Shown here: one piece after another, positions 58,441 to 64,000 of the stretch
Numbering within the stretch: position 1 is the first letter of the stretch
Layout of the letters: every line of letters starts with the position of its first letter
Assembly: GCA_036267955.1 (NCBI GenBank)
Contig: DATAVB010000086.1
Coordinates: forward strand, 817-64,816
Reading direction: 5' to 3'
From: Mycobacteriales bacterium
GTDB lineage: Bacteria > Actinomycetota > Actinomycetes > Mycobacteriales > QHCD01
Length of the DNA: 64,000 nt
Position numbers and translations under genes: made by a program
The notes under the pieces: generated by a model
What the model was told of the DNA's origin: nothing
Database searches by the model: none
The model's input: the letters and a program-made list of their open reading frames with translations, nothing else

Positions 58441-60540
58441 GTGGCCAAGGACGCCGAACTCGCCAGGACCCGAAACATCGGGATCATGGCGCACATCGAC
58501 GCGGGCAAAACCACGACGACCGAGCGAATCCTGTTCTACACCGGGATGAACTACAAGATCGGTGAAGTCCACGATGGCGCCGCCACCATGGACTGGATGG
58601 AGCAGGAGCAGGAGCGGGGGATCACCATCACCTCCGCGGCGATCAAGTGTGAGTGGAAAGACCACATCATCCAGATCATCGACACCCCCGGGCACGTCGA
58701 CTTCACCGTTGAGGTGGAGCGGTCGCTGCGGGTGCTCGACGGCGCCATCGCCGTTTATGACGGTGTCGCCGGAGTCGAGCCGCAGACGGAGAACGTCTGG
58801 CGGCAGGCCGACAAGTACAACGTTCCGCGGATGTGCTTCGTCAACAAGCTCGACCGCACCGGCGCCAACTTCTTCCGGTGCGTCGACATGATGATCGAGC
58901 GCCTGGGCGCCACCCCGCTCGTGCTGCAGATCCCGATCGGGCTGGAAGGCGCGCACATCGGCGTCGTCGATCTGATCGGCGAGCGCGCGCTGACCTGGCG
59001 CGGCGAGACCACGATCGGCGAGGACTACACCGTCGAGGCCATTCCGGATGACCTGGTCGAGCAGGCCGCTGAATACCGCGAGAAGCTGATCGAGACGCTG
59101 GCCGAGAACGACGACGAGACGATGGAGGCCTATCTCGAAGGTCGCACGCTGACCAACGAGGAGATCAAGGCCGGCATTCGGCGCGCCACCCTGGCCGGCA
59201 AGGCCAACCCGGTGCTCACCGGCTCCGCCTTCAAGAACAAGGGCGTGCAGCCGCTGCTGGACGCGGTCGTCGACTACATGCCGAGCCCGCTGGACGTCGG
59301 TGGCATCAAGGGCACGCTGACCGATGGTGAGACCCCGATCGTGCGTGAGCCGAGCGAGGACGCGCCGTTCTCCGGCCTGGCGTTCAAGGTGCAGACCGAC
59401 CAGCACCTTGGCAAGCTCACCTACGTCCGGATCTACTCCGGCAAGGTCGAGACCGGCTCTCAGGTGCTGAACTCGACCAAGGACCGCAAGGAGCGCATCG
59501 GCAAGATCTACCAGATGCGCGCCAACAAGCGGGATGAGCGCGCAGGCGCCGGCGCCGGTGAGATCATCGCTGTCGCGGGTCTGAAGCAGACCACCACCGG
59601 TGACACGCTGAGCGACTCCAACAACGCGGTCATCCTCGAGTCGATGATCTTCCCCGAGCCCGTCATCGACGTGGCGATCGAGCCGAAGACCAAGGCCGAC
59701 CAGGAGAAGCTGGGAACAGCGATCCAGAAGCTGGCCGAGGAGGACCCGACTTTCCGCGTGCACAACGACGAGGAGACCGGTCAGACGGTCATCTCGGGTA
59801 TGGGCGAGCTGCACCTCGAGGTGCTGGTCGACCGGATGAAGCGCGAGTTCAAGGTCGAGGCGAACGTCGGTAAGCCGCAGGTGGCCTACCGCGAGACCAT
59901 TCGCAAGTCGATCGAGAAGATCGAGTACCTGCACAAGAAGCAGACCGGCGGTTCGGGCCAGTTCGCGAAGGTGCTCGTCAACGTCGAGCCGATGACCCTC
60001 GAGGCCGACGGCCCGACGTACGAGTTCGTCAACAAGGTCAGCGGTGGACGTATCCCGAAGGAATACATCCCATCGGTGGACCACGGCGCGCAGGAAGCCA
60101 TGCAGACCGGACCGCTTGCCGGCTATCCGCTGGTGGGTGTCCGACTGACCCTGGTCGACGGCGCCTACCACGAGGTCGACTCGTCGGAAATGGCATTCAA
60201 GACCGCCGGACTCATGGTGGCCCGCGATGCGGCCCGCCGCGCCAGCCCGGCGATCCTGGAGCCGCTGATGGCCGTCGAGGTCACCACGCCCGAGGACAAT
60301 ATGGGCGATGTGATCGGCGACCTGAACTCGCGTCGTGGCCAGATTCAGGCCATGGACGAGCTGGGCGGTGGAGCGCGTCTGGTAAAGGCGCTCGTTCCGC
60401 TGTCGGAGATGTTCGGCTACGTCGGCGACCTCCGGTCGAGGACGCAGGGCCGGGCCAGTTACTCCATGATGTTCGACTCCTACGCGGAAGTTCCCAGCAG
60501 TGTCGCGAAGGAGATCATCGCGAAGGTGACGGGCGAGTAG
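58441..60540 (+). CDS. fusA: Elongation factor G
   Basis: The sequences [25 protein letters not shown] and [24 protein letters not shown] are present. Confidence 0.97.
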   Translation: MAKDAELARTRNIGIMAHIDAGKTTTTERILFYTGMNYKIGEVHDGAATMDWMEQEQERGITITSAAIKCEWKDHIIQIIDTPGHVDFTVEVERSLRVLDGAIAVYDGVAGVEPQTENVWRQADKYNVPRMCFVNKLDRTGANFFRCVDMMIERLGATPLVLQIPIGLEGAHIGVVDLIGERALTWRGETTIGEDYTVEAIPDDLVEQAAEYREKLIETLAENDDETMEAYLEGRTLTNEEIKAGIRRATLAGKANPVLTGSAFKNKGVQPLLDAVVDYMPSPLDVGGIKGTLTDGETPIVREPSEDAPFSGLAFKVQTDQHLGKLTYVRIYSGKVETGSQVLNSTKDRKERIGKIYQMRANKRDERAGAGAGEIIAVAGLKQTTTGDTLSDSNNAVILESMIFPEPVIDVAIEPKTKADQEKLGTAIQKLAEEDPTFRVHNDEETGQTVISGMGELHLEVLVDRMKREFKVEANVGKPQVAYRETIRKSIEKIEYLHKKQTGGSGQFAKVLVNVEPMTLEADGPTYEFVNKVSGGRIPKEYIPSVDHGAQEAMQTGPLAGYPLVGVRLTLVDGAYHEVDSSEMAFKTAGLMVARDAARRASPAILEPLMAVEVTTPEDNMGDVIGDLNSRRGQIQAMDELGGGARLVKALVPLSEMFGYVGDLRSRTQGRASYSMMFDSYAEVPSSVAKEIIAKVTGE

Positions 60541-60609
60541 TCCGACAGTCTTCTGAATTGTTCGAAAGCCCGTACGGCATACAGAAATAACATCCGGTAG
60601 GAGGATCCA

Positions 60610-61803
60610 GTGGCGAAGGCGAAGTTCGAGCGGAACAAGCCGCACGTCAACATCGGCACGATCGGTCACATCGACCACGGCAAGACCACGCTGACCGCGG
60701 CAATCACCCGGGTGCTTGCTGACAAGTACCCGGACGTCAACAAGGCAGCGGCGTTCGACCAGATCGACAACGCTCCCGAGGAGCGTCAGCGCGGCATCAC
60801 GATCGCCGTCTCCCACCAGGAGTACGAGACCGAGAAGCGTCACTACGCGCACGTCGACTGCCCCGGGCACGCCGACTACGTGAAGAACATGATCACCGGT
60901 GCGGCGCAGATGGACGGCGCCATCCTGGTGGTTGCCGCCACCGACGGCCCGATGCCGCAGACGCGTGAGCACGTGCTGCTCGCCCGTCAGGTCGGTGTCC
61001 CGTACATCGTCGTGGCCCTCAACAAGGCCGACATGGTCGACGATGAGGAGATCCTGGAGCTCGTTGAGCTCGAGGTTCGTGAGCTTCTCTCCAGCCAGGA
61101 GTTCCCTGGCGACGACGCTCCGGTTGTTCGTGTCTCGGCGCTGAAGGCGCTCGAGGGCGACGCCGAGTGGGGCGAGAAGATCATGGAGCTCATGAACGCC
61201 GTCGACGAGGCGATCCCGGAGCCCGAGCGCGACATCGAGAAGCCGTTCCTCATGCCCATCGAGGACGTCTTCACGATCACCGGCCGCGGCACCGTGGTGA
61301 CCGGTCGGGTCGAGCGTGGAATCGTGAACGTCAACGAGACCATCGAGATCGTCGGCATCAAGGACAAGTCGCAGACGACCACCGTCACCGGTGTCGAGAT
61401 GTTCCGCAAGCTGCTCGATCAGGGCCGCGCGGGCGACAACGTGGGGCTGCTGCTTCGTGGCACCAAGCGCGAGGACGTGGAGCGCGGGCAGGTCATCTGC
61501 AAGCCGGGCTCGATCACCCCGCACACCAAGTTCGACGGCCAGGTCTACATCCTGTCCAAGGACGAGGGCGGCCGGCACACGCCGTTCTTCAACAACTACC
61601 GGCCCCAGTTCTACTTCCGTACCACGGACGTAACTGGCGTCGTCTCGCTTGCCGAAGGCACCGAGATGGTCATGCCGGGTGACAACACCGAAATGTCGGT
61701 CGAGCTGATTCAGCCGATCGCCATGGAGGAGGGCCTGCTCTTCGCCATTCGCGAGGGCGGTCGCACGGTCGGATCCGGCCGAGTGATCAAGGTTCTGAAG
61801 TAG
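60610..61803 (+). CDS. tuf: Elongation factor Tu
   Basis: The sequences [24 protein letters not shown] and [26 protein letters not shown] are present, with RBS AGGAGG. Confidence 0.97.
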   Translation: MAKAKFERNKPHVNIGTIGHIDHGKTTLTAAITRVLADKYPDVNKAAAFDQIDNAPEERQRGITIAVSHQEYETEKRHYAHVDCPGHADYVKNMITGAAQMDGAILVVAATDGPMPQTREHVLLARQVGVPYIVVALNKADMVDDEEILELVELEVRELLSSQEFPGDDAPVVRVSALKALEGDAEWGEKIMELMNAVDEAIPEPERDIEKPFLMPIEDVFTITGRGTVVTGRVERGIVNVNETIEIVGIKDKSQTTTVTGVEMFRKLLDQGRAGDNVGLLLRGTKREDVERGQVICKPGSITPHTKFDGQVYILSKDEGGRHTPFFNNYRPQFYFRTTDVTGVVSLAEGTEMVMPGDNTEMSVELIQPIAMEEGLLFAIREGGRTVGSGRVIKVLK

Positions 61804-61816
61804 CAGCACCGAGATG

Positions 61817-61849
61817 GAGGCGGCGGCCTCGGAAATAGGCCGCCGCCTC
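61817..61849 (+). terminator. Intrinsic terminator after tuf
   Basis: A 13-bp perfect stem gaggcggcggcct/aggccgccgcctc with a 7-nt loop is followed by gtttc. Confidence 0.7.
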
Positions 61850-61913
61850 GTTTCATGGAAAAGCAGACGATCAACCACGGCAGTCAAGACGGCCAGCGAC
61901 AGCGAGGATGACC

Positions 61914-62219
61914 ATGGCGGGACAGAAGATCCGCATTCGGCTCAAGGCGTATGACCATGAGGCGATCGACGCGTCGGCGCGCAAAATCGTCGACACGGTG
62001 ACCCGTACCGGTGCCCGGGTCGTCGGCCCGGTGCCGCTGCCGACCGAGAAGAACGTCTACTGCGTCATCCGGTCGCCCATGAAGTACAAGGACAGCCGCG
62101 AGCACTTCGAGATGCGCACCCACAAGCGACTCATTGACATTCTCGACCCGACGCCGAAAACGGTCGACGCGCTCATGCGCATCGATCTCCCGGCCAGCGT
62201 CGACGTGAACATTCAGTAG
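61914..62219 (+). CDS. rpsJ: 30S ribosomal protein S10
   Basis: The sequence begins [55 protein letters not shown] lies 7 nt upstream. Confidence 0.97.
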   Translation: MAGQKIRIRLKAYDHEAIDASARKIVDTVTRTGARVVGPVPLPTEKNVYCVIRSPMKYKDSREHFEMRTHKRLIDILDPTPKTVDALMRIDLPASVDVNIQ

Positions 62220-62266
62220 GGATCTGTCACCGATGCCACCCGCGAAGCGACTTGGGAGCGAAGCCC

Positions 62267-62929
62267 ATGTCTAACGAGATCAAAGGCGTTCTGGGCGAGA
62301 AGCTCGGCATGACCCAGGTCTTCGACGAGAACAACCGGATGATTCCGGTGACCGTCGTCAAGACCGGTCCCTGTGTCGTCACCCAGGTCCGTACGCCCGA
62401 CAAGGACGGCTACTCAGCCGTGCAGCTGGCTTACGGCGCGATCGACCCGCGCAAGGTCACCAAGCCGGTGGCCGGCCACTACGCCAGGGCCGGGGTCACC
62501 CCGCGCCGTCACCTGGTCGAGTTGCGCACCGAGTCCGCGAGCTCGTACGAGCTCGGCCAGGAGCTCGGCGCCGACACGTTCGAGGTCGGCGTTCCGGTCG
62601 ACGTCGTCGGCACCAGCAAGGGCAAGGGCACCGCCGGCGTCATGAAGCGACACGGCTTCCACGGTCTGCCCGCCTCGCACGGCGCCCACCGCGTGCACCG
62701 GCACCCCGGCTCGATCGGTGGCTGTGCCACCCCGGGCCGCGTCTTCCGGGGCACCCGGATGGCTGGTCGGATGGGCCACGACCGCACCACGATTCTCAAC
62801 CTCACCGTGCAGAAGGTCGACGCGGAAAAGGGCCTGCTGCTGATCAAGGGCGCCATTCCCGGCCCCGACGGCGGCATCGTCCTGGTGCGTACGGCGCTGA
62901 CCAGCGGTGTGAAGGGTGGTGCAGCGTGA
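62267..62929 (+). CDS. rplC: 50S ribosomal protein L3
   Basis: The sequence runs [31 protein letters not shown] ... [13 protein letters not shown], with RBS GGGAG. Confidence 0.95.
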   Translation: MSNEIKGVLGEKLGMTQVFDENNRMIPVTVVKTGPCVVTQVRTPDKDGYSAVQLAYGAIDPRKVTKPVAGHYARAGVTPRRHLVELRTESASSYELGQELGADTFEVGVPVDVVGTSKGKGTAGVMKRHGFHGLPASHGAHRVHRHPGSIGGCATPGRVFRGTRMAGRMGHDRTTILNLTVQKVDAEKGLLLIKGAIPGPDGGIVLVRTALTSGVKGGAA

Positions 62930-63642
62930 CAGCCCCAGCAGGCACCGTGACTGACACAGCGACTGACACAGCGACTGAGCCGCAGACGCGGACGGTCGAC
63001 GTGCACACGCCGGCCGGCTCGACCGACGGCACCGTCGAGTTGCCGGCCGCGGTCTTCGACGTGCAGGCCAACATCGCGCTGATGCACCAGGTGGTGACGG
63101 CGCAGCTGGCCGCCGCCCGACAGGGCACGCACTCGGCCAAGAGCCGCGGCGAGGTCTCCGGTGGCGGCGCGAAGCCATACCGGCAGAAGGGCACCGGCCG
63201 GGCCCGTCAGGGTTCGACGCGGGCGCCGCAGTTCACCGGCGGTGGCATCGTGCACGGCCCGACACCGCGCAAGTACGACCAGCGGACCCCGAAGAAGATG
63301 AAGGCGGCGGCCCTCCGTGGCGCGCTGTCCGATCGGGCCCGTGGCGGTCGGGTGCACGTCTTCAGCGCGCTGGCCGAGGGGGACACCCCGTCGACCAAGC
63401 AGGCCGTGATCGCACTGGCGACCGTGGCGTCCTCCAAGCACGTGCTGGTCATTGCCCAGCGCAGCGACGAGGTCACCTGGAAGAGCCTGCGCAACGCCGA
63501 GACGGTGCACCTGCTCGACCCCGGCCAGCTCAACACGTACGACGTGCTCGTCAGCGACGACGTGGTGTTCACCCGGCCGGCGCTCGAGGCCTTCCTGACC
63601 AGCGCCGACAAGTCGGCAACCGAGAAGGAGGCGCAGGAGTGA
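62926..63642 (+). CDS. rplD: 50S ribosomal protein L4 (with Thr/Asp-rich N-terminal extension)
   Basis: There is a GTGA overlap with rplC. The sequence [35 protein letters not shown] is present. Confidence 0.95.
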   Translation: MTAPAGTVTDTATDTATEPQTRTVDVHTPAGSTDGTVELPAAVFDVQANIALMHQVVTAQLAAARQGTHSAKSRGEVSGGGAKPYRQKGTGRARQGSTRAPQFTGGGIVHGPTPRKYDQRTPKKMKAAALRGALSDRARGGRVHVFSALAEGDTPSTKQAVIALATVASSKHVLVIAQRSDEVTWKSLRNAETVHLLDPGQLNTYDVLVSDDVVFTRPALEAFLTSADKSATEKEAQE

Positions 63643-63935
63643 ACAGCGACCCGCGTGACATCCTGCTCGCTCCGGTGATCTCGGAGAAGAGCTACAGCCT
63701 GCTGGATGAGAACAAGTACACCTTTCTCGTCCGGCCGGACGCCAACAAGACGCAGATCAAGATCGCCGTACAGCAGGCGTTCGGCGTCAAAGTGCTCGAC
63801 GTGAACACGCTCAACCGGACCGGCAAGCGCAAGCGGACCCGCTTCGGCTACGGCAAGCGCAAGAACACCAAGCGCGCGATCGTCAGCGTGGCCGACGGCG
63901 AGCGGATCGAGATCTTCGGCGGTCCGGTCGGCTGA
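63639..63935 (+). CDS. rplW: 50S ribosomal protein L23
   Basis: The sequence reads [49 protein letters not shown]. There is a GTGA overlap with rplD. Confidence 0.95.
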   Translation: MNSDPRDILLAPVISEKSYSLLDENKYTFLVRPDANKTQIKIAVQQAFGVKVLDVNTLNRTGKRKRTRFGYGKRKNTKRAIVSVADGERIEIFGGPVG

Positions 63936-63950
63936 CGCCGACCGATCGCC

Positions 63951-64000
63951 AGCTATACCGAACGACAGCTATACCGAACGACAGCTATACCGAACGACAG
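63951..64000. repeat. 16-nt perfect tandem repeat (agctataccgaacgac) x3+, running off the right edge
   Basis: The units span 63951-63966, 63967-63982 and 63983-63998, followed by a partial fourth. The repeat is about 50% GC in a roughly 70% GC genome. It starts 15 nt after the rplW stop. Confidence 0.85.

Noticed and set aside
57991-61887. 1298-aa ORF on the minus strand
   Set aside because: It is antisense to rpsG, fusA and tuf. It has no recognisable motifs and lies on the shadow strand of highly conserved genes.
63951-64000. Tandem 16-nt repeat as a CRISPR array
   Set aside because: The units are directly adjacent with no spacers, are too short, and there are no cas genes. It is a simple minisatellite.

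Overview
High-GC (about 70%) Actinomycetota chromosomal window. A conserved transcription/translation backbone is present. It runs tRNA-Thr, tRNA-Met, rpmG, two MaoC/Had-like dehydratases, tRNA-Trp, secE, nusG, rplK, rplA, then rplJ, rplL, then rpoB, rpoC, then rpsL, rpsG, fusA, tuf, then rpsJ, rplC, rplD, rplW. Lineage-specific blocks interrupt this backbone. (1) 1-19.8 kb holds three ABC-2 exporter modules, two of them paired with two-component systems. It also holds a BldC-like regulator, a sugar ABC importer, a LolA-like secreted protein and two tandem paralogous hyper-acidic DxDxDG-repeat proteins. An unannotated 55-aa ORF made of four DGSSWYSVAG repeats and a membrane GAF-GGDEF(degenerate)-EAL protein complete the block. 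(2) 24.3-28.8 kb holds an HTH/Clp_N protein with a striking operator array and a tricorn-type protease, bracketed by related palindromic elements. (3) 30.2-40.2 kb holds a complete mkl-yrbEAB-mceABCDEF operon. (4) 40.2-47.2 kb is a roughly 7 kb accessory insert separating the mce operon from its Mas-type genes. It contains two P-loop kinases, an ECF sigma operon with an internally triplicated unknown protein, a LysE exporter and a pentapeptide-repeat protein. It also contains what I consider the most novel item: an ECF sigma factor fused in frame to a degenerate F1-ATPase beta-like domain. No rRNA, CRISPR array, transposase or integrase was seen. Many very long ORFs in the six-frame track are antisense or out-of-frame high-GC artefacts and were rejected. 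All functional calls rest on by-eye motif recognition and gene context, since no database search was possible.
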